DNA from: Antedon mediterranea
Lineage: Eukaryota > Animalia > Echinodermata
DNA: 64,000 nucleotides
NCBI RefSeq assembly: GCF_964355755.1
Contig: NC_092678.1
Span: forward strand, 574,422 to 638,421
Direction: 5' to 3'
Shown here: in pieces, positions 39,017 through 54,400 of the stretch
How positions within the stretch are numbered: position 1 is the stretch's first letter
Layout: the number at the start of each line of letters is the position of its first letter
Program-made: the position numbers and the translations under genes
The notes under the pieces: generated by a model
Seen by the model: only the letters and a program-made list of their open reading frames with translations
Databases searched by the model: none
What the model was told of the DNA's origin: nothing

Positions 39017-40861
39017 TTTCACAAAATAACAAAACCTTAGAAACAGAGGATCATAATGAGAGTAAGTGGATACATCATCGTCCATTTTAAGTTTCTCACA
39101 AATTGTGACGTAATATGCAACTGAAACATTACTGTGTCTAAGAACATTTCATACTAATAACAAAACCTTAGGACCAAGATAATGAGAGTAAATAGATCAT
39201 TATATGGATACTACATGTATTTAAGCTTTAAATTGTGATGTAATATGCTACGGAAACATTATTACTATGTCTAGGAACATTTTATACTAATAACAAAAAC
39301 CATAATAATTAGAGTAAGTAGACCATATGGATAATACATGCATTTAAGCTTTAAATTGTGACGTAATATGCTACTGGAACATGATTACTAACTATGTCCA
39401 GGAACATTTTATACTAATCTTTATAGGCCTAAATAAAATAAAAGCAACTGTTAGGTTGAAACGAAGAATAACGGCAACTACCTAAGTATACGCGTCCGTC
39501 GTTGCAACACAGACACTGTTTTTTAGTTTTTAGAAATAGTTATAAATTTAGATGGAACTACCTATAAAATTTGAATTAAAAACAAACTTACCAATAATTC
39601 GTTTGAAAGAAGCTTACCTTAAAAAACCCGAAACACTTTTCAAATCACAACTAACTAAAAATCGATGCTTCTCATCCAGACGCCGCCTGTCCCAAGTTCA
39701 AGAGACGACGTACTTCTGTCTCTGTTTGGTCATGTTATTATCTCACTGTACAAATAAGACACTGGAAATTCAGTCAACATTAATAACAAGATTCAATTGA
39801 AAGGAAGACTTCGTTCAAATAGTTATTATCACAGATTAAGATTTCGTTTTAAACCGTCATTCATTAACTTTATTAACCACTTTTAGGATATTGAGTTATC
39901 TATTGCCTCATTAGTATACAGGACGTCGTCCAATGTTCACACCGGCTCCACGACACCAATGAAAAGATACGATATATAGTAGAACTCGTTATGACTTCGT
40001 TCCTACTAGGACGCAACGCAAGAACGTAAACGCAACGCAATGACGTAGACGCAAATTTGTAGTTATTTCGAGGCTTTTCGATGTTTGTATGAAACAAGTA
40101 GTATATGTGCCAAAATATTTATCGTTTTTCTAATTATTAAGTCAAAACTCCGTCTCGAATCCAGAACTAGTACAGTATACGCAACGCAAGCGAGTTGATC
40201 AAGCGACATTTGAATAATCCATCGCTTTGAGCGTGGTTCCCACTAGCGACGCAACGCAAGGACGTAAACGCAACGCAAGCGTGTTGACCAATGACAAGCG
40301 AAGTTATAGACAGTTAGCAATCACAAGCGAATAAGCCATCGCTTGTGATTGGTCAATTCACTTGCGTTGTATAAACCAACTGAAATATTGTATTTTTACG
40401 GTATGTATATTTTAAATAAAGGAACCATCCATGGATCCATTACAACTTATGTTCCTGCTGAACACTTAAGTTTGGTTCCCACTAGAACGTAACGCAAGGA
40501 CGTAAACGCAACGCAAGTGAATTGACCAATCACAAGCGATGGCTTATTCGCTTGTGATTGCTAACTGTCTATAACTTCGCTTGTCATTGGTTAAAAATAT
40601 TTTGATATTTGATGATAGCTTTCTACACTAAACAAAGTTAATCAATCAAAAATGCATTACAATTTGTTATTTGTTAACATTTTTTGATCTAAAATTAATA
40701 TTGTTATTCTTATTTAAATAACAGAAAATTATCAATCGATAACTATCAATCAATCGATAACTATCGAGACTCAACTTTGCATTAGATGCGTTTTCTGTGT
40801 CTATAATGTTACTGCGTCTACTAATGCGTTACTACATCTCGTTACTGCGTCTACTGATGCG

Positions 40862-43533
40862 TTACTGCATCTGCATAACTATTTTATTCTTGGTAGCGAA
40901 ATCATGATGACGACTCAATTGCGTCAAAACGCAACATGCACACCAGCAAACGGTGCAACAGTCAGTAATCACACTTCCCTGGAGAGACAAATATATAATT
41001 TGTATTATTAAAAACGAGTGTTGTGCATGCGCAGTGCCATCGTCAGTAATCGACCAAGTCGAAGTTCCTACTAAGTCGCTTTTGGTTGGTCAAATTACTG
41101 TTGCGCGCTACGTCTTTGGGTAATTTGTGTCGGGATGGCAACCAAGCTTAAACGCGCACCAATTATCGCTAGAATGTTTTGTCGGTATATGTCGGTGTTA
41201 AATGTGTTGGTCCTCAAACGGGGTATACGGTACGAGTTTGTTTTCGGTGATGAACGTGTCGGTTTGGCCGTCTGTCCGGTCGACGTTATACTTACCGGAA
41301 TGTTATACTTGGTTCTCACCATAGTTCTTAACGTTGTTAGGTAGCTAGAAGGCAGACAACATGGCAAACAAAAGAATTCTCCAAGTTTATCAGCTATATA
41401 ACAGCGATATAAACACGGACAGCACAGCGCACCAAAACCTTAATAAATATTCCTTGTTTAGTGTACTCTTAAAAGTATACTTATCAGAATAGAGGGCGCA
41501 AAACACACATGACGTAACATCATCAACAAACTAATAATACTAATTTATTTGAAACTCAAAAATCTTATAGCCGGTCCAAAGGCTATATTATCTCTATTAT
41601 CTTCTTGTAAAATCATCTATTAATAGTATGTTTCTAATTTACTTTTTTATTATTTTCTATGCACCACCATTACTAGAAATAAATGTTTATGAAATATTAT
41701 TTTTATTATTTAACATTATATTATCTCCGGCTAATATTAGCCTATCTGTATGTTTAAAATACACATAGGCCTACTACATAAAACGTACGGTGTCAGTACT
41801 ATCTATTGTGAAAGTTCAAATATTGAATTATAAATATCATAACTTACAACTAACCGGATCTTTGAGACAATCGAACAAACCCGACGACCAGGCACCCGTT
41901 CCAGCGTTTGTTGCGCTCTAAAAAAGTCATAAAACAGTACGTTTTATTACAACAATTGAATGCAAGTAAGTAGATCTCATAACATCGATAACACCTCATC
42001 AAACGATATCACTCTATTCGAGATAAAGTTCTCAGTAAGGTCGGCATCATCAAAGTGGTTTTATCAATTGTAAATACAGTAAATCTCTAAATTATTTTCC
42101 CCGTTTTTTTATATTCTTTCACATCCAACAGTATATACACCAATTACAGGATGAACATATAGATATCAATATAAAAACATATATAAAATAACAAAAAGTA
42201 AAGTATAAAAGTTAATCTAATCTATAGATTGGCAGCAGTATTTTTTTCATGGACAAAACTTTGACTTTGAAAAGGTACAATATTAAACTAAAAAAGGTAC
42301 AAAAAAGTAGTGATGTGTGACATCAACATGTCCATATATGGCCACATCACATTTGTTAGTCACTTAAAGTTTGATAGTTTAAACATAGCTTTAGCAATAC
42401 CTATTAATATCCCTATTAATATCCCTATTTATATCCCTATTTATATCCCTATTAATATCCCTATTTATTTCCAAAATAAAGAAGGGTTCATGATAAAATC
42501 ATCTAGTTTATTTGATACTGAATTTGAAATGCACGTTTCGTCCGTCCGTCCGTCCGTCCGTCCGTCCTTCCATCTAACACAACATTGTTTAGTCGGTGCT
42601 TCAGGCTTGTCTGTGTGGACGTTTAGTAAATGCACTAATTTTTTTTCTGAAAAGTGATTTCAACCGCATTCAAATAAAGGAATAGCATTTGCCAGGCGTT
42701 TTCCTCTTCTTGATCCCCATAAATGGAGACATTTTAAGTGATTTGCTTTTACGATACTGTTAGCATCACAGAAAACTGTCGACAGGTATGCTAAATTAAT
42801 TATAAACCAACTCCAAACTAGTAAATGAAACATCTTCGTCAAACAAAGACTTTAAAAGAATTCACCAAATCGGACCAAGTGAAATACGTCACATAGATAA
42901 CATTTTAAACATTTTACTATAGGACCGGTTTTATTAAATTATAGTATCATTTAATATCAGACAAGTAGAATTTATATACACACTTAAAGGTGTAATAAAA
43001 AGTGCAAATATTTGAGCACTCTCTTATAAAGAAAATGATACAGAAGTAAATTAAAGATTCATAATCCACAGTTTAAAGATATATAATTTTTTTTTTTTGG
43101 GATATGCCATTTGAATGTCCATAATAGTTATTCATTTTGATCAAAAACTTGATCGGAAAACAAAAATATTTACCCGAAAAAATGTAAGGCAAAAAATATT
43201 TAAATTGTCTGTCAGTTAAAATTAACCATTTCTTTTGTCTTTTTATAAGTCAAATAATTATTTTTTTTATTCATCATAGTATTTTTTCCCCGGTTCGGTA
43301 TGTTTAGTAAGTTTCAAGGGGAAAAGTAAAGAATCAGTTACCACATGTGTTACTATATGCGTTGATGCTACAGGTTGGCTGGTGACAACTATTGGCTGCT
43401 GTTGAATGGGCGGCAGTTGTTGAATGGGCGGCGGTTGGTGAAAGAGCGGCGGCTGTTGAATGGGCGGCGGCTGCACGTAGCTACTATCACCAACACACGT
43501 CTCATCAGGGAGAGGTCCAACTTTGTTGTCCAT
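40862..43533 (-). CDS. PLAC8/cornifelin-family protein, paralog 3
   Basis: Exons ~43341-43533 (MDNKVGP..QQPP), 41846-41916 (WSSGLFDCL), 41295-41437 (LGEFFCLPCC..LRTMVRTKYNIP), 40862-40978 (GSVITDCCTVCWCACC.., TAA). Confidence 0.85.
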
Positions 43534-44599
43534 TTTCACAAAACCACCTCCTAAATGATAACATGAATTAAATTGAAAAAGTGTACATTATGAGTATATT
43601 TAAACTAAGGAAGAAAGCTTTTTCTAGTCGTTGAAAAATGTCTATGAATCAAGTACTCATTTATGTGAACAAATAAGCAAATGCGTTAAACGTGGTTCTC
43701 ATCATACGCTCAACGCAATGACGTAAGCGCGCAACGACAGTCATTCACTTAAGCTTGGTTCCCACTAGAACGTAACGCAAGAACGTAAACGCAACGCAAG
43801 CGTTTTAACCAATGACAAGCGAAGTTATAGACAGTTAGCAATCACAAGCGAATAAGCCATCGCTTGTGATTGGTCAATTCACTTGCGTTGCGTTACGTCC
43901 TTGTGTTGCGTCGCTAGTGGGAACCACGCTTCACTGAAAAGTAACAGTTCGAAAAAATCCATCCCTTTTGATTGGTTAAATTAGTTGCGTTGGCCTACGT
44001 CCTTACGTTGCGTCATAGCGGGAACCTGAGCTTTAATGAAACGTTATTGCCCCACTTTAATTTGACGGTTAATGCACAAAAACGGAAATGTTACAAATTA
44101 AAAGTTCGAATAAAACATTTGATTATATACGTAACTATAAATTAACTGAAAGACAGCTTACCTTTTCAAATCAGTTACTAAAATTCGTAGCGCAGAAAAG
44201 AAGTTCGCACGTACATCGCAGTGCCAACAGCAAGAGTAACGTCTTGTTGGTTTTAAGTTATATTACATTACGTCAAAACATGTTTATTCATATTTACCTT
44301 GTCTAGTCACGTGACATACTTTAATATTGATGCAAACACACTTATTTTTTACAGATTTATTACGATGTTATAAAATGTTGTAATAAGTAAATAGACTTGC
44401 AGCACCACGTCTGTGGTTATTGTCTTTTTTATGTTAGTTCGGCTTTTCGACTTTTGTCTGAAAACTACTTTACGAGCTCAAGTAGTATACGGATGAAACG
44501 CCATATCTGCCAAACGAATTACGCATTTGGAATTTTTTTATTTCATCACCATTATTTTCAAAATAATATATTAAGAAAAATTCTATTATTCCACATTTA

Positions 44600-45295
44600 A
44601 CTTATTGTAGTGCAATCTGGGGTAATTGTGGCTCGAGCTTTCTAAAAAGAGTACAAACTGTACAAAATAGAACAGCCCGAATCATATTTGGCCTATCTTG
44701 GGACACACCAAGTAAAGATGCACTTCAGCGAGTAATATGGCTTACCCTCTCAACTAAAAATGAGTATGAACACACCAAGTAAAGATGTACTTCAGCGAGT
44801 AAATTGGCTTACCCTCTCAACTAAAGATGAGTATGAATGTTGCATGTTAATTTACAAAGTTATGACGGGGCGTGCACCCACATATCTATCAAATCTGGTT
44901 AAACAAAATAATTTCAAATATAACTTTAGACATAATGATACAAACCTCAATGTTCCGAAACCTCGCACTGAGTATAAAAAACGTAGTATTTCTTATAGTG
45001 GGGTTATAACTTGGAAGACACATAATATTGATATCAATAAGATGCCACAATCTCTGAACGTATTCAAAAAAGAAATTGCAAACATATTTAAACTGGAAGC
45101 CTAATGCTGCATTATTTTATAAATTCTTTCTTTTAAGATTTTTGTATAAATGTGTATACACTGTATTATTTGTATATATTATATTACCTATCACGAACTT
45201 GTGGAAGAACACCTTTATTTTATGGTGAACGAGTTTTATATTTTGTACTTTTGTATTTTATAATTTCGTGAATAAATAAAGGTTTTGAATTGAAT
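44600..45295 (+). mobile_element. 5'-truncated, degraded CR1/L2-group LINE 3' fragment
   Basis: Remnant ORF2 C-terminus (YCSAIWGNC..VQNRTARII, LQRVNWLTL, APTYL, VPKPRTE, SYSG..W), a ~66-bp internal duplication at 44704/44770, and an AATAAA plus gaatt tail. Confidence 0.7.
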
Positions 45296-45419
45296 TTGTT
45301 ATGAAATTGCTTTTTACAATCGTCTACAATTCAACATTGTAAAGTACCTATATATAGCTTAGAGAAGGAGAAATAACTTAACTTATTTCTCCATGGCCCA
45401 ATAAACCACACAACATCCC

Positions 45420-48400
45420 TTACAACTTTTTGTAATCGCCAAATGTAGGACTGAACGGTAGGTAACTACAGACTTTTGATCGTCGGATATACGCCATTCC
45501 AAACGGCAGGTCATAACTCGTGTCCATATTTGGTGAATCTGTTTTGTCATCTGATGACGTAATATCTCGTTTAACTATCTGCCATTTATATATGCCTCGT
45601 TCTTCTGCTGTGCCTGTAAAAAAATATAATTATCTGAAATATAAATATTAAAATTCGGGAAGGGCATATTGCTACAGTACTAGGAATAACTTGTTTATAT
45701 TTCGTTATGTAAAATTATTGAGATCAAAATCAAAGTTGTCTCACTATATAGACGCGTACTATATAGACGCGTACTATATAGACGCGTACTATATAGACGC
45801 GTACTATATAGACGCGTACTATATAGACGCGTACTATATAGACGCGTTCTTTTGTAGTAGTATTTTTCGCTTTTGACAATCACTACCTACATATTGCATT
45901 AAGCTCTCTGTCTACACTATCAATAGTTTGACAAAAAAGTGTTGTGTGACCAAATATAGTAGTGATATGACGTCATCATGTCCATATATGGGTACATCAC
46001 ATTTTTTTTGGTCACATAAAGTTTGATAGTGTAGACAGAGCTTTAGTACTATAGTGAAGTCTTCTTCCCTTTTGTGTATATATAATTCTGTAAACATAAT
46101 AGCATAATAGACGTTGTCTGTCTATAGAGACGTTGTCTGTCTATATACGTTGTCTATTTACTCACCTGGAACAGTGTTATCTAAGACAAGGGCAGTGAAT
46201 CCACCAACAAACATATTTGTAGAAAGTAATATTTGAATAGCTTGATCCAACTCGGTAACACCTATAAAAACATAAATCGCGTCCATCAATGTGTCCTTGG
46301 TTACCACTAGGACGCAGCGAGCGATCTGCGTCACGACGCATAATGAATCAATCATCCATCGCATCGTGATAGGTGGAATTACTTGTCAGAGCCAAGCTAG
46401 CTTTAAGCTTGGTTCCCACTAGAACGTAACGCAAGGACGTAAACGCAACGCAAGCGTGTTGACCAATGACAAGCGAAGTTATAGACAGTTAGCAATCATA
46501 AGCGAATAAGCCATCGCTTGTGATTGGTCAATTCACTTGCGTTGCGTTACGTCCTTGCGTTACATCCTTTTGGTAACCAAGGATACATTGATGGACGCAT
46601 AGGCTGCAAGAGGTAGGTTATTCCCCCACATTGACATTCGGCCACCTCCTCCCTCTCCTCAACTATATAACGTATCTGTTCTACTGCCTAGGCCTACCTG
46701 TATCAATGATGCCGGCATTAGATGAAAGCCACTGTGGGACAGCAAGTCCAAAGAAGAAAGAAAACCCGATGATAAAGTTATTGCGAGAGGAGTTTAAATC
46801 GATGAACTGGAGATTGGACAGACCAGCACCAACTATCATTCCTAGAAAGACGAAAACAAAATATAAACAAATAAATAAGCTCTGTCTACACTATTAAACT
46901 ACTAGTTTGACAAAAAAAGTGTGATATGCCCATATATGGTAGTGATATGACATGTCCATATATGGGCACATCACATTTTTTTGGTCAAATAAAGTTTGAT
47001 AGTGTGGACAGAGCTTTACATTATAATTGAATGTGTGTATTATTCTTGCAATCGTGCAATTTAAATTTTAGGATATGAAGTTCCGAGATACTGACGCTGA
47101 AAAGGGAGAGGAGGGCGCGTGGTCAGATCTGGGCGTGGTCCAACTTACCGAATAGAACCGTGATTGCTGCACCAATGACAGGGGTTGGGATACATATGAA
47201 TACGGCACCAAATTTCCCGAAAACCGCAAGAATCAACATAATAACAGCGGCTACCTGGGTAACTGAACGACTTGCAACCTAAAAGAAAAGATCCAAATAT
47301 AAGACCCAAATGTTCTTCTCCTGCTTACCTCTTGATGATCTACGGTGGTCGAAGGTACTACCTGGTGGTCGAAGGTACTACCCGGTGGTCGATGGTACTA
47401 CCCGGTGGTCGAAGGTACTACCCGGTGGTCGAAGGTACTACCCGGTGGTCGAAGGTATTACCCGGTGGTCGAAGGTATTACCCGGTGGTAAAAGGTCTAC
47501 CCGGTGGTCGAGGGTACTGCCCCGTGGTCGAAGGTACTGCCCCGTGGTCGAAGGTACTACCCCGTGGTCGAAGGTACTACCCGTGGTCGAAGGTACTACC
47601 CGTGGTCGAAGGTACTACCCGGTGGTCGATGGTACTACCCGGTGGTCGATGGTACTACCCGGTGGTCGAGGGTACTGCCCGGTGGTTGAAGATAATATGC
47701 CTGGTGGTCGAAGGTACTACCCGGTGGTCGATGGTACTACCCGGTGGTCGAGGGTACTGCCCGGTCGTCGAGGGTAATATGCCCGGTCGTCGAAGGTACT
47801 ACCCGTGGTCGAAGGTACTACCCGGTGGTCGATGGTACTACCCGGTGGTCGAGGGTACTGTCCGGTGGTTGAGGGTAATATGCCCGGTGGTCGAGGGTAA
47901 TATGCCCGGTGGTCGACGGTACTGCCCGGTGGTCGAGGATACTACCCGGTGGTCGAAGATAATATGCCTGGTGGTCGAAGGTACCCGGTTGTCGAGGGTA
48001 TTGCCCGGTGGTCGACGGTACTGCCCGGTGGTCGAGGGTATGTCCGGTGGTCGACAGTACTACCCGATAGCACTTTTTTGTCACATACATTTTGACGGAG
48101 CTTCAAAAAAGTAAACGAACCTTTGTAATTCCGATTGCTCCGATATTTTGGCTGTATGACGTAGTCCCAGCACCACTGCCAATAAAACCATCAATCAAAC
48201 AACCTATCCCTTCTATTGCTATCCCACGATTCATTGCATGAGCTGGTACGGGTGGCGCGCCCGAAAGACGTGCGCATGCGTAGTAGTCACCAACTGATTC
48301 AACAACCGAAGTAAAAGTTGCAATAGTCATTCCTATGATGCCCGGTACGGTTACTGTTGGGATTCCCCATTGAACTGAAAATAATGACGTCTTTTTAATA

Positions 48401-51400
48401 TTTATCATTAGATTATTTTTGCAAACATTATCGACAGAAAAAATTGAAAATATTTTATTGTGTGGCTTATGCTTGGTACCCACTAGAGACGCAAAGCAAG
48501 TGATGGATCATCTGAACTGTCGCTTGTGATTGGTCAACTCGCTTGCGTTGAGTCTACGTCTTTGCGTTGCGTCCTAGTGAGAACCAAGCTTTAATAGCAT
48601 TTGTTTGCCATACACTGTAATTTAACTTACATGGGTAGGGTACACGAAACCAAGGAGATTCTGAAAGAATACTTAGTCTGACGTCAGTCCTAGCTGCGTA
48701 CCCATATCCATCGGGCGTTTCAGGTAGAGCACCGGCGGCCGTGAGAATAAAAGACACAAACCAACCAAAAGCAATTCCAAAAATAACCTTGTGGGAAAAA
48801 AGAAAAATACAGTTTGATTTGAAAGCCGCCTCATCGGTACCATATCGTCATAAAGCTTGATTCTATTCTCACTAGGACGCAACGCCAGCGAATTGACCAA
48901 TCACAAGCGACAGTTTGAATAATCAATCGCTTTTCATTAGTCAGTTCGCTTGCGCTGCGTCCTAGTGGGAACGCAGCTTAAGATAACCAGAAACATTTCT
49001 ACTGTACTACTTACAGGAAAAAGTCTGAAGAGCGAAACTCTTGAGGAATTAGCCGCACCAGGAAGACAGTTAATAGGAACAGTCACATTCCGTAGATATT
49101 GAGAAAATAGAATTATACAGAATATGGTTCTGAAATATAAATAATAAATTATGAGTTATGATTAGTTGCGCATTTTTCTACGTCACAAAAATTAGATGAA
49201 AATATTAGTACGCATGCGCATTAGTGAATACTTTCGATTCGTGCGAATAAGTGAAAAAGCGACTTTATTTATTTATTATTTATTTCATCAAAACCAACAG
49301 CAACGAAAGTTGCCACAAAAATGTATGAAACAGAAAACTGAGAATTCACTTGTAATGGTGGTAATAAACCGGTTATCTTAAAGAAACAAAATAAATGTAT
49401 AAAAAAACAGGTTAAAAAATACTTTTTATCACTATATGCTGATTAACAACACCTTTGTTTATTTAAGTTCTATATACTTGTTCTTATGTAAAAGGGTCCT
49501 ACAAAAAAACGAAGCTATAGCTTTTTTATGCAGGATCCCTGTTCTCAGTTGTACTGTAATTATGATGTACTGTAATTGATGACTAAATAAATGTGGAATA
49601 AATGAAATGAAATGAAAATAAATACTCTATTTAAGAAGCAAAAACTTAAATAAAAATATGTTAAACTAGTGTACGTACATTATAGAGACTCCCCAGTGCT
49701 GCCCAGCCGACTCTGAAGCATTCTTAAACAATGAGAGTCCAATCAGCCCAATTGTCGGTGTGATAACAATTGGCGTGAAGTAACGCTGAAGAAGACCGAT
49801 GAGGCCGAACGCACCTGCGAACACCTGGATAAATGACGTCACAATAATGGCCCCTTGAACCTGTATTACGAAAATATAAAACCCAATAAAATATAATTAT
49901 CTCCACATACTATCTATTTCCGAAGTTTCATAGGAATATTTGGTAATACAGCATCTCATTTGTATCACATGTGGTGCCTGTATCATGTAAGGTTAGATTA
50001 AGGGTTAGGTTACTGTGACTAGATACATGTGAAACACATGTGATGTCAATCAATCAATCAATAATAATAATTTATTTCTCAAATAAAAATAAAATACAGT
50101 TAACATTTTCTAAAATGATAAATAAAAAATGAGAAAATGGGTACCCAACTAGAAGCTAAGCTTTAAAATGTGGGGTCCGGGCAACATATTTAAGTAAGGT
50201 AAGTTAAGAAACATAATAATGAACAAAAAAGGCATTTAACTTAAACGAATGCAGTTATAATTTAACTTAAGACTTGTAGTAGTATTACCAAATATTCCTT
50301 TGATACTTCGGACATAGATAGGCTACAGTAGTACTACCTAGAATGTACCATGAAAACAACAAGTACTACCTAGAATGTACCATGAAAACAACAAGTACTA
50401 CCTAGAATGTACCATGAAAACAACAAGTACTACCTAGAATGTACCATGAAAACAACAAGTACTACCTAGAATGTACCATGAAAACAACAAGTACTACCTA
50501 GAATGTACCATGAAAACAACAAGTACTACCTAGAATGTACCATGAAAACAACAAGTACTACCTAGAATGTACCATGAAAACAACAAGTACTACCTAGAAT
50601 GTACCATGAAAACAACAAGTACTACCTAGAATGTACCATGAAAACAACAAGTACTACCTAGAATGTACCATGAAAACAACAAGTACTACCTAGAATGTAC
50701 CATGAAAACAACAAGTACTACCTAGAATGTACCATGAAAACAACAAGTACTACCTAGAATGTACCATGAAAACAACAAGTACTACCTAGAATGTACCATG
50801 AAAACAACAAGTACTACCTAGAATGTACCATGAAAACAACAAGTACTACCTAGAATCGGCTGATTATTATTACTCTGTACCATGAAAACAACAAGTACTA
50901 CCTAGAATCGGCTGATTATTATTACTATGTACCATGAAAACAACAAGTACTACCTAGAATCGGCTGATTATTATTACTCTGTACCATGAAAACAACAAGT
51001 ACTACCAGAATCGGCTGATTATTATTACTATGTACCATGAAAACAACAAGTACTACCTAGAATCGGCTGATTATTATTACTATGTACCATGAAAACAACA
51101 AGTACTACCTAGAATCGGCTGATTATTATTACTCTGTACCATGAAAACAACAAGTACTACCTAGAATCGGCTGATTATTATTACTCTGTACCATGAAAAC
51201 AACAAGTACTACCTAGAATCGGCTGATTATTATTACTCTGTACCATGAAAACAACAAGTACTACCTAGAATCGGCTGATTATTATTACTATGTACCATGA
51301 AAACAACAAGTACTACCTAGAATCGGCTGATTATTATTACTCTGTACCATGAAAACAACAAGTACTACCTAGAATCGGCTGATTATTATTACTATGTACC

Positions 51401-54400
51401 ATGAAAACAACAAGTACTACCTAGAATCGGCTGATTATTATTACTATGTACCATGAAAACAACAAGTACTACCTAGAATCGGCTGATTATTATTACTATG
51501 TACCATGAAAACAACAAGTACTACCTAGAATCGGCTGATTATTATTACTCTGTACCATGAAAACAACAAGTACTACCTAGAATCGGCTGATTATTATTAC
51601 TATGTACCATGAAAACAACAAGTACTACCTAGAATCGGCTGATTATTATTACTATGTACCATGAAAACAACAAGTACTACCTAGAATCGGCTGATTATTA
51701 TTACTCTGTACCATGAAAACAACAAGTACTACCTAGAATCGGCTGATTATTATTACTCTGTACCATGAAAACAACAAGTACTACCTAGAATCGGCTGATT
51801 ATTATTACTCTGTACCATGAAAACAACAAGTACTACCTAGAATCGGCTGATTATTATTACTATGTACCATGAAAACAACAAGTACTACCTAGAATCGGCT
51901 GATTATTATTACTCTGTACCATGAAAACAACAAGTACTACCTAGAATCGGCTGATTATTATTACTATGTACCATGAAAACAACAAGTACTACCTAGAATC
52001 GGCTGATTATTATTACTCTGTACCATGAAAACAACAAGTACTACCTAGAATCGGCTGATTATTATTACTATGTACCATGAAAACAACAAGTACTACCTAG
52101 AATCGGCTGATTATTATTACTCTGTACCATGAAAACAACAAGTACTACCTAGAATCGGCTGATTATTATTACTCTGTACCATGAAAACAACAAGTACTAC
52201 CTAGAATCGGCTGATTATTATTACTATGTACCATGAAAACAACAAGTACTACCTAGAATCGGCTGATTATTATTACTATGTACCATGAAAACAACAAGTA
52301 CTACCTAGAATCGGCTGATTATTATTACTCTGTACCATGAAAACAACAAGTACTACCTAGAATCGGCTGATTATTATTACTCTGTACCATGAAAACAACA
52401 AGTACTACCTAGAATCGGCTGATTATTATTACTCTGTACCATGAAAACAACAAGTACTACCTAGAATCGGCTGATTATTATTACTATGTACCATGAAAAC
52501 AACAAGTACTACCTAGAATCGGCTGATTATTATTACTCTGTACCATGAAAACAACAAGTACTACCTAGAATCGGCTGATTATTATTACTATGTACCATGA
52601 AAACAACAAGTACTACCTAGAATCGGCTGATTATTATTACTCTGTACCATGAAAACAACAAGTACTACCTAGAATCGGCTGATTATTATTACTATGTACC
52701 ATGAAAACAACAAGTACTACCTAGAATCGGCTGATTATTATTACTCTGTACCATGAAAACAACAAGTACTACCTAGAATCGGCTGATTATTATTACTATG
52801 TACCATGAAAACAACAAGTACTACCTAGAATCGGCTGATTATTATTACTCTGTACCATGAAAACAACAAGTACTACCTAGAATCGGCTGATTATTATTAC
52901 TCTGTACCATGAAAACAACAAGTACTACCTAGAATCGGCTGATTATTATTACTATGTACCATGAAAACAACAAGTACTACCTAGAATCGGCTGATTATTA
53001 TTACTCTGTACCATGAAAACAACAAGTACTACCTAGAATCGGCTGATTATTATTACTATGTACCATGAAAACAACAAGTACTACCTAGAATCGGCTGATT
53101 ATTATTACTCTGTACCATGAAAACAACAAGTACTACCTAGAATCGGCTGATTATTATTACTCTGTACCATGAAAACAACAAGTACTACCTAGAATCGGCT
53201 GATTATTATTACTCTGTACCATGAAAACAACAAGTACTACCTAGAATCGGCTGATTATTATTACTCTGTACCATGAAAACAACAAGTACTACCTAGAATC
53301 GGCTGATTATTATTACTCTGTACCATGAAAACAACAAGTACTACCTAGAATCGGCTGATTATTATTACTCTGTACCATGAAAACAACAAGTACTACATAG
53401 AATCGGCTGATTATTATTACTCTGTACCATGAAAACAACAAGTACTACATAGAATCGCCTGATTATTATTACTCTGTACCATGAAAACAACAAGTACTAC
53501 ATAGAATCGCCTGATTATTATTACTCTGTACCATGAAAACAACAAGTACTACATAGAATCGGCTGATTATTATTACTCTGTACCATGAAAACAACAAGTA
53601 CTACATAGAATCGGCTGATTATTATTACTCTGTACCATGAAAACAACAAGTACTACATAGAATCGGCTGATTATTATTACTCTGTACCATGAAAACAACA
53701 AGTACTACATAGAATCGCCTGATTATTATTACTCTGTACCATGAAAACAACAAGTACTACATAGAATCGCCTGATTATTATTACTCTGTACCATGAAAAC
53801 AACAAGTAATAATATAATGATATTTCTACATTAATCTTGAATTAGTGCTTAATAACTTTTATTGACCTAGGTCACAGCTTCTGTAAACCCGCAGTATTTA
53901 TGATCTTGAATGATAAAAGATTGAGACAATTACCTCCAATAATCTCTTTTTCCATTCGGGTTGATCTAAATAGTCACTATCAGCTGTCTCATTGCCTGAA
54001 AAATATAAAAAACTAATAACATTTAAAGGCCTACTAATCACAACTGTATGGAAGACCATGAGGGTCACTGGTAAATTCATTTAAGGGCCGTTATCTGGCG
54101 GCCGCCATTGAGTCCTACCTAACCATAGTCTATAACGTGTGTATAACGTGTGTATAACGTGTGTATAACGTGTGAATTATACAAAATAGGATACATCTAT
54201 TTGAGTGCTAAGTAGATTTTATTGATATATGCCTATATTGATATATGCATAATTTATACTATACTGGTAGGCCTGGGTCTGGTAGGACTTGGCAATGACT
54301 AGCTGGCGGCCCGGACAAAATGACAGCCGCGATTGGAGGCCGCAGATATAATTTAAGCGGCGGCCGCCAGAAATATTGTTGGAGACCGCAGATTATCTGG

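Noticed and set aside
47272-48114. 280-aa and overlapping repetitive ORFs
   Set aside because: They arise from a stop-poor 21-bp minisatellite that is open in several frames inside an SLC23 intron.
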